Source: Selaginella moellendorffii (Eukaryota > Plantae > Lycopodiophyta). From it: a DNA stretch of 64,000 nucleotides. The stretch covers positions 1,416,330-1,480,329 of the forward strand of contig NW_003314283.1 in NCBI RefSeq assembly GCF_000143415.4, written 5' to 3'. Below, piece after piece: positions 35,197 through 49,264 of this stretch; within the stretch, counting starts at the first letter, position 1, and each line of letters starts with the position of its first letter. A program made the position numbers and the translations under genes. The notes below the pieces were generated by a model. The model saw nothing but the letters and a program-made list of their open reading frames with translations, did no database searches and was not told the DNA's origin.

Positions 35197-36690
35197 CGCC
35201 AAAGGAGAGCTTAGAAGCTTCCCTCTATCAGTCGAGATCGATGATCTTACCTGCGTAGGTGGTGATGACGAGCTCGTACTCGTGGCCCATCTTCACGTCC
35301 ACGAGCTCCACCAGCTCGGACGGATCCGGCACCCTGGGCGCCTTGCTCTTGCCGCTCTTGGGCTTGATCTTCTTCTTGGCAACGTTATCGTCCTGGTCGG
35401 ATGAGGAGGAAGCCGCGGAGTCCTCGTCGGAATCATGGTGGAGCACGGGCAAGAACTCAAAGTACGCCATGTTGGGCAGCAGAGTGTACGAGACTTCCGA
35501 TGGCGGGCACAGCGGCTGGAGATTGATCCCAAAGTAGCACTCAGAGGAAGCGTACATGGTGCACACGAGCGGCAGCCCCCCGGAGTAGTAATCGAGCGTG
35601 GGGATGTACTGCGCCATGGTGCCGGTGACGATCACGTCGATATACTTGGTGTTTGGCCACAGCCGCGCGATGATGCCGGCCCACGACTCCTTGCGGCACT
35701 GCTCGGCGATGTCGTCGGCCAGCGCCGGGTCGGGGCGCGGCATGAGCGCCAGCACCGCGCGGCGCGCCGCTGCGTCCACAACCAGCTCGTTGAGCCCGCC
35801 CGCGCGGATGTCGTCGCACAGCTCCCGCCAGTGGGTCTCGAGGAAGCGGATGGCGCGCAGGAATCCCGAGGCGAAGACCGCGCCCATGCGAAGAACTTCA
35901 TGGCGCTGGAGGAGGCCGCACAGGAGCTGGCAGTACATGCTCTGGTGCGCGTCGGGGCAGAGCACGGTCTCGTTGGGGCTCGTGTAGACGTTGCAGGGAT
36001 CGTAGGGGCGCTCCGTGAAGTAGCGGCTCTTGTAGTAGCTGGTGAGCACTGGGCGCGCGAGGAGGCCGCCCGGGGTCTTGGCCTCGGATTTGATGAAGAA
36101 GAGGTACATCCCTTTGCCTTGATCCAGTCCCGGGAGATACCTGCGCAGCGCATGCACGAGTTTGTCAATCGCTAGCTCGAGCACGATCAAGCTCGAGACC
36201 ACACTCACTGGTTCATCACGGGCATGAGGAGGCTGTAGAGCAGGCAGCGGCGCTCGAATTCTTCCGAGATGGTGGGCATGAGTTTCCTCTGGCCAGCCGA
36301 CGTTCCCGAGCTGAGAGGAGCAAAATTGTGAGTACCAACATCGAGATCGCCATCGCCCAACATCGCAAATGGAAAGAAGGATCGAGAATTTCTTTCTTAC
36401 CTGGTGAGGAACTCGGAGATGGGATGGGCGGAGAGGATGGGCGAGGTGTCGCCATTGGCAATGCGTTGGATCTCGGGCTCGAGGTCCTCGTAGGTGATGA
36501 CGGGCAGGCATTGGCGGAACGAGGTCTTGTCGGTGCGGCCATTGAGGCCGTGGCGTTTGAGGTACTCGGTGTGAGCATTGCGCTCCAGGATGGCCGACAG
36601 CACCGCCGACTGGACTTCTGCCGCCTCGCTCGTCACCTTCTCGATGAACTGCAAGGCTTGCTTCTCCCGCTCCTTGTGCTCCAGATTCAT
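34443..36690 (-). CDS. GH3: GH3 acyl-acid amido synthetase (auxin-conjugating group II-like)
   Basis: Exons 36690-36401, 36310-36209, 36140-35251, 35035-34443. Motifs [31 protein letters not shown]. Confidence 0.95.
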
Positions 36691-36920
36691 CTTGCCTTTG
36701 CGAAGTTGCTGCGAGTTTTGCGGGGCGCGTGTGATCTTCTCTCCTCTGCAACACTATATAGAGCTCAGATTATCGTTCCAGCGGTGAAATGCTTCATGCA
36801 ATTCTCTTGACCCCTTCCACCACCATTACCAGCACCACCACACCACCACAGACAATGGATCAACAAGGAATGGATGTTCCAAATGATGAGGGGAGCCTAA
36901 AGGAGGGGCGCCAAGCACAA

Positions 36921-36926
36921 GAGACA
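36921..36926 (-). promoter_or_regulatory. Candidate auxin-response element (TGTCTC) upstream of GH3
   Basis: GAGACA ~230 bp upstream of the ATG. Further TGTCTC/TGTCGG at 39112, 40385, 40621. Hexamers can occur by chance. Confidence 0.4.
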
Positions 36927-39900
36927 TACCACCACCACTAGCAAAAGAAAAGTGTGGAGGAAAAGAGAAGAGATCTCTATTGGCGAGCAGACGAGCGAGC
37001 AAGGGTGTTTGGCAGCCTATCTATGCCTAGAGCGTCGCTTTGTGTATAGACTAGAGCGTGTATATGTACGATCCAGTGGAGCGAGCGTGTGTGTTGTATT
37101 TGTAGGTAGTCCACGAGACCAAAAGCCCAGGGAAAAGCACACCGGCAAAGGGAGAAAAAGAGTGCTAGCGTCTTTGACAACAAGCAAGGGATATGGAGTG
37201 ATCGCTCAACTCGAGCTCTAACTTATTCACTCTGGGAAGAAAGATCACACACAAGCCTGAGAGATGGAAGAGAAAGAAGAGATAAAAAGAGAAGAGTGTT
37301 TGAGCGAGGTGTTTACCACAAGGACGGATTTTATAGAGATGACGGAGGGACCCTTCGTGAAAAAAAAAATAAAAAAGAGAGAGAAAAAGAGCTTTTTTTT
37401 TTTCTTCTTCTCGTTGCGGTGGGACCGAAGCGAACTAACACCAAACCAAAGTACCACAGACCAAGGACTCGTATTACTCTCTCTCGCTCTCCCAGCAAAA
37501 GAAAGTCGCAATTTTCAAAGGGGGCTAAAACAGCTTTTGGCGAGCTCCGGTGAGTGAGTGAGTGAGTGATGAATGAATGAATGAATGAATGAATGAATGC
37601 AACCGGGGAGCGAGCGAGCGAATTGTTGAGAAATTTTTATACGCGCAAGGAGGAGGAGCCCAGAGAGATTTCCCTGAATCCAAAAACCTCTTTTGACCAT
37701 TCAAAGAGAGGAGTCATGGGGGTGTGTTCTTGCTTGGCGAGATCTCGCGCGCAGAGCTAGCTGGGATGTTGGAGGACTGACCGACTTTATAAAAACACGC
37801 TCTTTTGTTTGGAGAGCATTGTTTATACAATTGAGGAGCGCGAGATGGAAGAAGAAGAAGAAGACGACGAGGAAGAATGAAAACAATGCAGGGCTTCTTA
37901 ATGCACAGCACAGATTATGCTGCTGCCAGGAGCCAGTGCGTGCAAATCGCGAAGAAAAACAAACCATGTTTTAGAGAACCCATGACACAAAACACCCACC
38001 TTTAGCGAGAGATCTTCCTTAGAACTTGTGAACGTAAGAGTCGGGATTTGTTATCTTTGTTTGATCCGGATCTCTTAGGAGATCGAGAGCGAGCGAGCGA
38101 ACAAGCGCGTGATCGATCGAGAAAGAGAGAAGACCGGAAAGGCTCTTGATGCAAAGCTAACATCTCCTCCATGGTTTATATAGTCCCCGTCTCTTGGAGG
38201 CTGGGATATTCGTGGGCGAATATGCTGCTGGCTTGCACAGGGACATGATCATCATCGTTATCAGGCAACAAGGAAGCATTGTTGGAAATTGTTTCAGTGT
38301 TTTGCCGCTGTTCACCCATGTCGTCACGACTCCATCTTCCTCGTTCCCTCTCACTTGCATGGCCCGGCACCAGACACGGACTAGTTCGTCTATAAACGCC
38401 ACCGCCACCGCCGCCACAGCCACCGCCAATTTACAAAGTAAAAACTTCTTCCATTCCATTCCTCTCGCCACGGATCGAAGGAGAGAACCGAAGTTCCACC
38501 ACCCAAGTTTAAAGGAGGTGGCCCAGATTTACATGCGTAAGACACCAAGCACAAGTTTCTATCTCACTTGATGACCCAAGGGTGGCATTTAATGACCAGG
38601 GGACCAAACCCAAAAGAAAAATAAAAAAAAATTCACTCGGGGAGGCTTTGACTGGTCTACCCATTGACCGCGTAGAATGGACGACACGACCTCCTCCAAA
38701 TCTAGGAGGCCTACCGCACGTGAGATGGGCCACTCCGCCAGCCACAGCCAGCCAAACAAATGCCCTAATTACTCTCACTCCGCCACCCTGCAGCGTGGAT
38801 TTATGGCAAATGCTTTTGCGCAGCGTCGCAGGAAACACGAGAGGAGGAGTTGTGCAAGCGAGCTAGCGAGCGCCGAGGAGGAACAAAAGTAACAGCGACT
38901 GGAATGGAGAAGGATTGCCAGGAATGCGACCACCATTTTTCTTTCCACCACCTTTTCTCTTCTTTGTTTTCTCTGTTTGTTTGTGATATGAACTATCTTT
39001 TTAAGCATGGTCCGGGGACCCCGGGATTGCATGAGTGATCCACTCAACCGAAATCTCTCCCCGCCTTGTTTGTGTTGTGTTGTTTATTGGTACGGAGGGC
39101 TCTTTCTTTGGGAGACAGGATCCCCGTCCTGGGGATGGATCGAATCTAGCGAGAGAGATTGAATAATACTCCGCGAGCTCTAAAGGGGGGCCAGCAGCAC
39201 GCGTTTACAGGATGAGGATTACAGGCTCACAGCAGCTCTGGCCGGACGGGCTTTGGTGATAGTTACGGAAACTCACGGAACATTCGTTTGTTTTGTGGAG
39301 AAAATGGTCCTTTTCATCAGAAGCGTAATCTATTCAAGTTATTATATAAGGTTGTGCAACATGAGATGAACACAGTGTTGCTGCTGCTGTTGTTGTTGTT
39401 GAGTTTGTGCTGTTGCTGTTTGTCCAATCCAGCCAAGCGTGCAAGTGATGTACCACTGTTGCAATTGACATCGTCCTAGGTGCTTTTTGCACAACCACCG
39501 TTGACACATCAAATGGTGGAAAAAGCCCCGTGCTGTCAGCATGCCACCCAACAACCGGCAAACAATAGGCAGCCACGGCAACCCCCCCCCCCCCCCCCCC
39601 TCCCTCCACAGCGCCCACGCTCGCCTCCAAAAACCTCTAAACTTACAAAACCACTAAGCAAAACAGTGGGCTGATCAAGGGCGGTGGAGATGATTACGTG
39701 AATGATTGGGTTGGCATGCATGATTGGTGGCATAGTATAGCCTAACACGATGTGTGTGAAGCTTGTGTGTGCCAAGCCAGGAACCCCACTCGGTGGATCC
39801 CTTTTCGTTTCTTCCAGTGCGGTTCAATGAAATGCACAGTTGATTCATGAGTTTGCACAGCCCCCACCGATGGATGGATGGATGAACGCTCGCCAACGAC

Positions 39901-41739
39901 GTGATAGCTATCTTGTCGTATAGCGAGTACGGCACGACGGGAATTGGAGTGCATTGAAGCATAGCGGAGGAACAGGCCGTACCATATTCTTCCTGTCTAT
40001 ATGGGTTTTGTTGTTGTTGTTGTTGATGATGATGATGAAGAAGCGGGATGCTTTTTGGTAATAGTACTAGTTGCTGTGTTGCTGCTGGCTGCTGCTGGCT
40101 GCTGCGGCTGGCTGCTCTGGTGCTGTCGCTGCTGCTCTCGCTATACGCCGATTTTTTTACACAGTGGTGGTGTGTGTTTTTGTGGTTGGCTGGTTTTTAT
40201 GAGGGGGAAAGATCGGCCGGCCCAGACGTGGAATCTTGAATAGTCGCGTTCGTCCAAGTGTTGTGCTTTCTTATGTGAGGCTCTTTAGCAGACAAGTCTT
40301 GCAAGGCCAGCCAACAAAGCGATGTCTTTTACGCATTTGGAAGTGGGGGAAATGTCTGGCTGTGCCGGCAGAAAAGACGGGGCTTGTCGGGTGTGTACCC
40401 AACGTGCCCAGCTGGTCTGGCAGGGCAGGCCCCGGGCAATGGACCCCCTCGCTCGCCCATGAACCCTATTCGCGCCCTCGTCGCCTCCGCCACCTTTTGT
40501 TCTAATGCGGGTCAACCCCCTGTGGACATTGTTGAGATTCCGCGGGGGCGCAATTTGCTGGTGGAGGAGCAAGCAAGCACAGAGAAACATGTAGATGGCG
40601 CAGTAACTTGTGTGTTGTCCTGTCTCTTTGACCCCGTGATCTTGTACAGCTTCGTCGATTCGCAAATCACCTCTTGCGGAGGGGAGAATCTTTGAGTTTT
40701 CGCGCTTGGCGGTTGCTTGGAACTCTGGATCTTCTATTGCGACGAATTCTCTTCTCTTTCTAAGTTCCTGTGCTGGCTACTTGAGAGCCTTAAAGTTGGT
40801 CGTTTTTTTCTTTCTTTTTCTTTCCAGGTTGATGTGAGCTGCCCTTGTTTGATCCGAACCGAGCACATCGATCCATTCGGGCTCGAAACTTCTGGGCGCG
40901 CACGAAAACGATGTGAGAGGGGAGCAGTAAATTTGTGCTGTGCTCCCTCACTTTCTTCGCCTTGATGGCGTCGAGGAGAGTACGGTGGTCCTGCGTGTCG
41001 ACGGCCGAAAGCGGACGTGCAGAGAACTAAGGAATCACGCCTTTGAAACTCAGCAAACTCACCAGTGCCAAACTTTTTCTTACACACACAAGGGCTTAAT
41101 GTTACGTACCCGGAACAACAAAGAAGTCATCCCGCCATGGAATCGTCCCGTACTTAGGTACGGACCCCTGAAAGAGCAATGTTGGAAACGCTTTTGCGGC
41201 GTTTTGAGGAAGTTCCTCCGCAGTTCGAGTTGATCACGCTGTACGTTTGCCCCCGCCTTCCCCCAACATTGACTCCGCATCCATAGGCCTGCTAAGTTTA
41301 AGCCGTCGATCGACACACGACTCTTGTGGATTCCATTGGAAAGGAGAAAAAGTCCAATGCTTTTGTTTCTCCACGATCACCGATCGGCTAGTGGGCCTTG
41401 ATCCCCCAGGGTCCATGTCTAGCTGTGTCAAACACGATCAAAGGCTTACGAATCAAAGCAATATCCGCGGACAAACGAAAGTCTCCCATTCCAAAGTTGA
41501 ATCGCGAGCATTCGCTTGCGCATGGCTTCGGTCATTCTCAACACGTGGTTTGAAAGTGGATCTAGATTGTTTGGAAGTCAAGATTGGAGAAAGGTCAGAG
41601 CTTTTTACGTGCTAAGTGTCAATCCACAACTTGCAAGACTAGCACTTGCAAGACTAGCCTAAAACTTATGTGTACGTGCCAACTTGAAAGATGGCCATGC
41701 ATGGCATTTGCTGTAGCCTAAAACGTCCGCACGTGTTTA

Positions 41740-43290
41740 GTGAATAAGTCGTCCATCGTCTCGCTCCTTCCACAGCTCAACTAGATCCACGCCGCGCTCA
41801 TCATCGATCGAGACCACGATGTGTTCGTTGCCAATCTCCTCCTCCAAGCCTACGCCGACGATGCTTTCCACATCTTCCTGGCGATGTGGCAAAGGAACGT
41901 CTTCTCCGGTCTCTTGGATATCCTGTTCGTGTGTTGGAACGGGATGATTAGGAGCTCCAGCCCGGATTCCATTGCTAATCTCTTCCTCAGGATTGTGGCA
42001 ATGATCCGGAATCGCGGAGGCGATGGAATTCTTTTTGGGGATGCCAGATGGTAGCGAACTGTCCTGGAATCTAGCAATCGCAGCAGTTGCCATGAATGGG
42101 CAAATTTCTGCAAGCGTTTCTTTCCTTTTTACGATGACAATGTGGAGTTTGATTGCTTTTAACACGATCCTCCACTCTTGTGTTGCGCACTGCAATTACG
42201 AGTCAGCGCTTGATCTCTTGAAAAAAATGCCAATTGTGAATGAAATCTCAGGCAGCGCTGCAATCACAGCATTGCCGCGAAGGGGCAAATGGATAACGCT
42301 TGTGCAATTGTTTGGGCGATCATCCAGCGGAGCGTGATGCTGTGGATGACCATGGCTGTCGCACTGTTTCGTTTCGAAAGCATAGATCTTGGATGAACTG
42401 TTCTTGATGCGATGCCGCTGTGGACAAGTTCTTCCTGGAACTCGTTTCTTCCAGCAAGTGCCAGGAGAGGGCATCTTGTTCCAGATCTTTCCGAGAGGAT
42501 TTTCAAGGAGCTGCTTCCTGCCAGAGATTTGATATCGTGGAACACGATACTGATGGCGCTGTGCGATCACCAACGCGTGGATCGAGTGTGGCGATCTTCG
42601 AAAGAGCTCCAATGGGGGGGTCTTGTGACCTGGAACACGATGCTCGGGGCATCGGGCGAGAGGATGACGACGATGTTTGATTCGATGCCACAGAGAGACA
42701 TGATCTCCTGGCGTTTTGATCACTACGGCCTTGGCGCAATCGATCTTCGAGAAGATGCCGCAAGCGTCGTGTCGTGGACAGCAATGATCCAAGCCTTTGC
42801 CAATCGAGGGGATTTGCATCGAGCAAGAGATTGCTTCGAGCAAATGCCCGAGTACAATCTGGAACGCGATGATCCACGCGTGTGGAAGCGCGCACTCGAG
42901 GGCATGTGGATGGAGCTTCGTGGCCGTGCTGCTCGGCCGATCACGCCACCGGCGGCTTGATTCTCGACGAGATCACGAGCATAAATTGGATCACAGGTCG
43001 CCATGGCAATGCTCTGGGCCAGATCCACAGCTCTTCCAGCGACTGCAATCCATCCATCCCAATCCGGCGCTGTGGTCCGTTCTGATGGTGTCACATTCTT
43101 GGCGCTTCTCCCGTGCTGCGCTCACACGGGTCTGGTCGATCGAGGCGTGGAGCTGCTGCGGTCCATGGCGGGCGATTTCGGGGTTGGCTGTGCTGGATCT
43201 GCTGCGGCGATCGTAGAAGAAGCCATGAGCCGGGCGAGTGGCTTAAGCGACGCAGCTCGCGATCGATCGGGGACGATGCTACAAAGCCCT
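41740..43290 (+). pseudogene. Degenerate PLS-class pentatricopeptide-repeat gene
   Basis: Fragments in shifting frames: VFVANLLLQAY, DLISWNTIL, FDSMPQRDMISW, VVSWTAMIQAFA, DGVTFLALL..CAHTGLVDRG. Confidence 0.85.
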
Positions 43291-43325
43291 AACGTGTAGA
43301 ACCCTAATTAGGGTTCTTGCGGGCG

Positions 43326-46300
43326 ATGGAGAAGCCGATGCTGCTCCTTACGCTGCTCGTGCTGCTGCTTCTGGGATCGATCGACGCGCAGATCTCCAAG
43401 CCGATTGCTCACGACTCCAATGTGGAGGAGAGCGTCAAGCAGAACAAATTCCGCAGCCGCGAGGCCAGCGACGATCTTCTCGGCTATCCAAACCTGTGAG
43501 TACTTCTTTAGCTCGCTTTCTTGCTTAGCTGCATTCGTTGATCGATTGGAAATTTTCCTCTTACCAATAGTTTTTTTTTTTCCCATCTAGAGACGAAGAA
43601 GCTTTGGCGAACACGCAGTGTCCTAGGAACTTAGAATTGCGATGGCAGGCAGAAGCGAGCGCAAGCATCTACGCTGCTCCTCTCATCGCAGACATCAACG
43701 GGTGAGTATCCTTGTTTCTTTCTCTTGATGCGAAGAAAAATGTGGATTGATTTGATACAAGGGATGGGAAACTGGACATTGTTGTGCCGTCTTTCGTTCA
43801 CTACCTCGATGTTCTTGAAGGAGCAGATGGTGAAAAAATGCAAGGTGTGTTGAGTCGTGGAGCTTGATGGTGCTACTGATTTATGCTTGTCCTCGCTGCT
43901 TAGGATGGCCGGCTTATCACCAATCCACAGTGCATTCCAGTCCCTTGCTTTACGACATTGACAAGGATGGATATAAGGAAATTCTTTTGCCGACTTACAA
44001 CGGAGAAGTTCTTATGTTCCGGTAAGTTGAAGCAAAAGTTTGAAGCTCAAAACAAGGTTTTCTCTTTTTTTTTCTTTGTCAAGTTCGTCGGGCTATCAGA
44101 TAAATGAGAAGATCACAGTTCCAAGGTTACGGGTTCGAAAGGACTGGTATGTTGGATTGAGTCCTGACCATGTGGACCGATCTCATCCTGATGTTCACGA
44201 TGATGGTTTAGTGATTCCTTCTCCTCCTGGTACGTATCAATGTCTCTGTGTAAAATCCATTCGCTCTTGTTTAGCTCTTGCGGCTTGCAGGCGTGTCAAG
44301 TGACCACGCGGTAGCGAATGCTTCTAGTACCATCGCCACGAAGGATGGACAGAACGGTTCTAGTACTATCGAGACGAAGGATGGACAGAACGGTAGCTCT
44401 CCCGGCAATGTTTCGGCAAAACTGGACAACTCAACCTTAAGCAACACTCCGGAGACATTGAACGTTTCAGCAACTGCAACTGCAGGGAATGGATCGGCTA
44501 CTTTGAAAGTTAGCGACGTCGCTGAAGCTGGGTCAGAACTTCGCATGGGTACTACAAGTCCGAATAACACGCAGGGAACACAGAGACGGCTTCTCCAACA
44601 GGAAGCCACAGCCGGTGACAACCGAGAGAAACTGGAAGCGGATGCAGAGGCCACGTTTGATGTTTTCCGTGATAAGGGAGGGCTGAGTGACGAGTATGCT
44701 TACGATTATGACGACTACGTAGACGAATCGATGTGGACCGATGATCACTGGGTTCGGGCTGTCCACGAAAGGGAAGAAGACTTTATCGACATAGACGCAC
44801 ATATTCTTTGCACACCGGTAAGTGTGTCTTGTTTGGTTTTTGGCAGATGGCTAACATTGCCACTGTCTCCAGGTGATTGCAGACATTGACAAGGATGGAG
44901 TCGACGAACTTATTGTTGCTGCTTCCTTTTTCTTTGATCGTGAGTAAGCTCTCCTGCCGCTTTTCAACCTTGCATTTGGTAGCACAGGTATTCATTCTTT
45001 CTTTGCAGGTATTACGAAGCAAATCCTGACTTGCTCAGCAAGGATGTCGATATTAGCAAATACGTTGCTGGAGCCATCTTCGTTTTTAGTTTGGACACGA
45101 AACAAGTCAAGTGGAAAATACATTTCGACCTTAGTACCGATTCTGTGGCGTTCCGTGCGTATATCTATTCATCGCCGACGGTAGTCGACCTGGATGGCGA
45201 TGGATACCTCAGTATCGTAGTTGGGACATCCTTCGGATTCGTTTATGCTCTGCATTACAACGGTAATACTTGTTTTTTTTTCTGTTCTCTCGCAGGCCTC
45301 AGAAACTTTTCCTTGTTTTGTTTGCAATCCAGGTATTGTAAGGAAAAACTTCCCGCTACAAATGGGAGAGATTCACGCCCAGGTTGTTGCGGCTGACGTA
45401 AACGACGATGGGAAAGTCGAGATTGTCACCGCTGACACAAGAGGCAATGTTGTTGCCTGGGAGACCGATGGCAAGCTATTGTGGGAAGTTCATCTCAAGA
45501 GTATGATAGCTCAAGTAAGTTTTTGGTTCGTTTCTCTAGTTTTTGAAACAAACTTGTCTTTGCAGGCGCCGACTGTGGGCGATGTGAATGGCGATGGAAT
45601 AACTGACGTGGTTGTTCCGACTGCTTCAGGCAACATCTACGTTTTGAAGGGCACCGACGGCTCATATGTTCCCCCGTTTCCGTTCCGTACGCATGGCCGG
45701 ATCATGGCTTCGGTGTTGCTACTTGATTTTGGTAACAAGGAATCGGAGCAAGCCGACGTGGTCTTGGTTGCAACTTCGTTCGATGGCTACCTGTACATTA
45801 TCGATGGGAAAACTGGCTGTGCCGACGCAACAGATATTGGAGAAACATCGTAAGCCTCGAGAGCTGCTCGTGATTACGTACTGATTTCTTTTTTTCGTTA
45901 CAGATATACCATGGTTTTAGCGGAGAATGTTGACGGAGGCGACGATCTCGATCTGATAGTTACAACCATGAATGGAAACGTCTACTGTTTCCAAACCCCA
46001 GTGAAACACCACCCCTTGAAGGTATGAATGTGCATAGCCTCGTGTATTCAAAGTGATCTTATCTCCATTTGCAGGCATGGCCGACAGCAAACCACGGGAG
46101 GAACGTCCTGTCACCTCGCTACAATCGCGAAGGCGTTTATGCTCTACCTTCGTCCAGAAAGTTTCGAGACGAAGCCGGCGAGAGCTTCTGGGTGGTGTTT
46201 AAAATCGTGGATCAGCACAACTTGCACGGGCCTTACAACGTGACTGTAAGTTCCTCCTCGAAGCTCGGCCTTTCCATTTCTCCAAAACTTATCCTTTGTT

Positions 46301-46636
46301 TCTCTCGCACAGCTGACGCTCTTGGTCCCGGGGAACTACCACGAGCCTCGAAGGATCATGCAGTGGCATCGCTACGATCAACCGGGGGTCCAGAAGCTCA
46401 AAGTCCCGTGCGTGCCAATCCGGAGCACTGGAACAGTGACGCTGGAGATGGTGGACAGGCACGGCCTCGCTTTCACCGACGAATTCTCGCTAACGTTCCA
46501 TATGCACTACTATCGACTCCTCAAATGGTTCGTGGTTCTACCATTGCTGGGAATGCTTGTAGCCATCGTTGGTCTTCATCCCGAAGATCACGTCTCGCTA
46601 CCTTCTTTCTCTTCCAATGGTAGGCACCAAATGTAG
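43326..46636 (+). CDS. DEX1: DEFECTIVE IN EXINE FORMATION 1 homolog (FG-GAP repeat membrane protein), multi-exon
   Basis: Signal peptide, [23 protein letters not shown], repeated DxxxDG motifs (DLDGDG, DVNDDG, DVNGDG), C-terminal [11 protein letters not shown] plus TM helix. Confidence 0.93.
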
Positions 46637-46748
46637 GAACCATGGTTGAAGTTAACTCTAGTCAAGGTTTAAAAGTAAACTCTAGTTAATTTTTCCTAAA
46701 GCCCTAGCTATGGCGGCCATTTGACGAGCGCTCTCTCTGGCGGTCGCG

Positions 46749-49264
46749 ATGGCGCCTCTCCCACTTATCGGTGAGTTTCTTCGCAGATCTCTCGAGGTTA
46801 AACTGATTCGTCGCGGCGATCGCAGTGCGGAGCGCCGAAGGGCTGACGCTGCTAGGCGGCGAGAGCGAGAAGCTGCAGAGGTAGAATTTTGGTTTCTTGA
46901 CGTCCTAGCTCTCACACATTCTTCGCATTCTTCCATTTGCGAAGGCTTGCTTGCGCTGGAGCATCGGTTAGCAAGGATGGAAGCGAGCTAGCTGTGATCA
47001 CTGGCGATGGGGTGGATGTCTTTGATCCAGTGACTTGCAACAAAATCCAATCTTTTCGGTTGGATGGTGTTGTTGCTGCTGTCTTCTCGTCGGCCGGATC
47101 GTTTCTACAGATCTTTCGAAAGGCAACCGGTCCGGAAGACAAGAATGTTGGCATCTGGGACGTGAAAACTGGGGAGGCAGTGGTTCTCTTATATCAGAAA
47201 AACTTTTCAAAGTCAAGCTGGTAAGAAAACTTTTTTCTTCCTTTCTTTTTGTTTATAGTCTTGAATTCGTTTGGTTGTGTTTACAGGCCGATTCTCCAGT
47301 TCAGCGACGACGATTCTGTGGCTTGCCGGCTTGCAACCAACTCGGTCCAGATCTACGATGCCAAAGACTTTGCAAAGGGTGTCGTCGATCATTTGCATTT
47401 GCCTGGAATTCAAGCTGTGAAACTTTCTCCAGCTCCTCCGTCCTATCTCGCAACGTTTATTCCGGAGAGCAAGGTTTTAACTTACGACGATCTTTCTCAT
47501 ATCTTACATGGTTTTCTGGTTTTATCAGGGACAACCGGCCGTGGTGCAAATATATGAAAGTAAAGAGGCTAGCAAATGTCAGGCACTGGCTCGACGTAGC
47601 TTCTTTAAGTCGAGTAGCGTCACCATGACTTGGAACGCGGGCTCGACCGGATTGCTTGTGCTAGCGGTCACTGACGACGATAAATCCAACCAAAGCTACT
47701 ATGGCGACACCAAATTGTATTACTTGAAAAGCGATGGGACTTGTGAAGGGACGGTTCCTCTGAGTAAGTTCATGTTTGTTCTAGCTCGTTAATGTGATGA
47801 ATCTTGTGCAGACAAAGAGGGGCCTATCCATGACGCTCAGTGGTCCCCGACCGGGAAAGAGTTTATTGTCGTCTATGGCTGTATCCTTTCAAGCGTTTTA
47901 TATCTATACTGTATCACTTAACGAGACTTCCAGACATGCCTGCTAAAGCTGCTCTCTTCGATACACAATGCCGGCAGGTTTTTGATTTTGGATCTGGACC
48001 TTATAACACCGTGCGGTGGAATCCCTTTGGAAGCTGTATCCTTGTGGCGTTTCTTTTCTTTTTTGTACTTTGGCTAGTTCTTCCTGACAGGTTCAAGTTA
48101 TCTGTTTGGCTGGGTTCGGGAATCTTCCGGGTGATATGGTAAACAATAAGTGTTTTATGATACACTGCTTATCTTTTCCACTTCTTCTTCAGGTGTTTTG
48201 GGACCGGAACACGCTAAAATCGATTGGAAACACGAAATCTCCCTGCTCAGTAACGTGTGAATGGGCACCCGATGGCCGGCTACTGATGACGGCCACGACC
48301 GCTCCACGAATGCGAGTCGATAACGGGTATATGTTTGCTATTTTACGTGAGCGGCGATTACCTCGACTTGCAACATCAGGATAAGGATCTTCAAGTACAC
48401 GGGAGCTCTGTTGGAGGAACAAAAGATCAACGATCTTTATCAAGTGAGTGCTTGGTTATATTTTGCTTTAGATGTAATATTTCCTCGTTTGTTTCATCAG
48501 GCGGACTGGCTACCTGGACAGTATGTTGAGAGGCCAGCTTCGCCAGTTTCTGCCAAGAGTTCACAAAAAGAGAAACAACCATCTGGTATGTTTTTGATTA
48601 TAAAAGAAATAAAAATTCTTTACTCGGCTTGTTCTATGCTTTTTAGCGGCTGCTATAGCCAAATCTGCAGCTTACCGTCCACCTCATTCAAGCATGTCGG
48701 CGTCAGTGCGTGCTCAGGTAAGTAATCAGAACAAATCGGGCTGTATTACGTGATGGAAAACTCTGTTGCAGCTATTTGGTGAAGAGGACTCCAATGCTGG
48801 AAGGTTTGGAGCAAATCCTTTTGTCTGAACTTTTTCTAACGTTTTTTTTTTTTTTTTTGCGAACCCAGTGGGTTGAGCAAATCGGCTCTTAAGAACAAAA
48901 AGCGACGTGAGAAACAGAAAGAAAAGTCTGAAACACTTCCCGACGCACCAGTGAGTAGTAGTTCATTCTTTTTCTGCAGCTAACTCCTTTCGTCCCTGGT
49001 TGTAGGAAGTCGTGAAGGAGGTCAACAGTGAGACATCTTCAGGTGAGACTGAGTCGTTTAAACTGCCTTTTGCTGTGCTCAGAAATTTAGCTTACAGGAG
49101 ATGAGTTTGCGAAGAAAATTCGAGCTCTGAACAAGAAGCTGCGGCAGATAGAGGAACTCAAGAACAAGTTAAGTGGGCAGACGCCATCTCAAGAACAGAA
49201 GAGCAAGCTTCAGCAGGAGGCGTTATTGAGGGAAGAAATCAGGAAATTGGAGCTCTCTTCATAG
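46749..49264 (+). CDS. eIF2A: Eukaryotic translation initiation factor 2A, multi-exon
   Basis: NQSYYG, GPIHDAQWSP, VYGYMPAKA, LAGFGNLPG, TATTAPRMRVDNG, AAYRPPH, C-terminal KKIRALNKKLRQIEELK. Confidence 0.93.
47881..47933 (+). other. U12-type (minor spliceosome) GT-AG intron, 53 nt
   Basis: 5' site GTATCCTTT, branch TCACTTAAC close to the AG. Splicing gives VYG-Y-MPAKA. Confidence 0.85.
48036..48097 (+). other. U12-type GT-AG intron, 62 nt
   Basis: 5' site GTATCCTT, branch-like TTCCTGAC. Splicing gives GS-F-ICLAGFGN. Confidence 0.75.

Noticed and set aside
34423-36810. Many overlapping alternative-frame and antisense ORFs over GH3, and over the ICS copies
   Set aside because: Expected shadow ORFs of GC-rich coding sequence.
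37500-40700. Conserved plant miRNA precursor upstream of GH3
   Set aside because: I found no match to the conserved mature miRNA sequences I checked by eye and no clear long hairpin.
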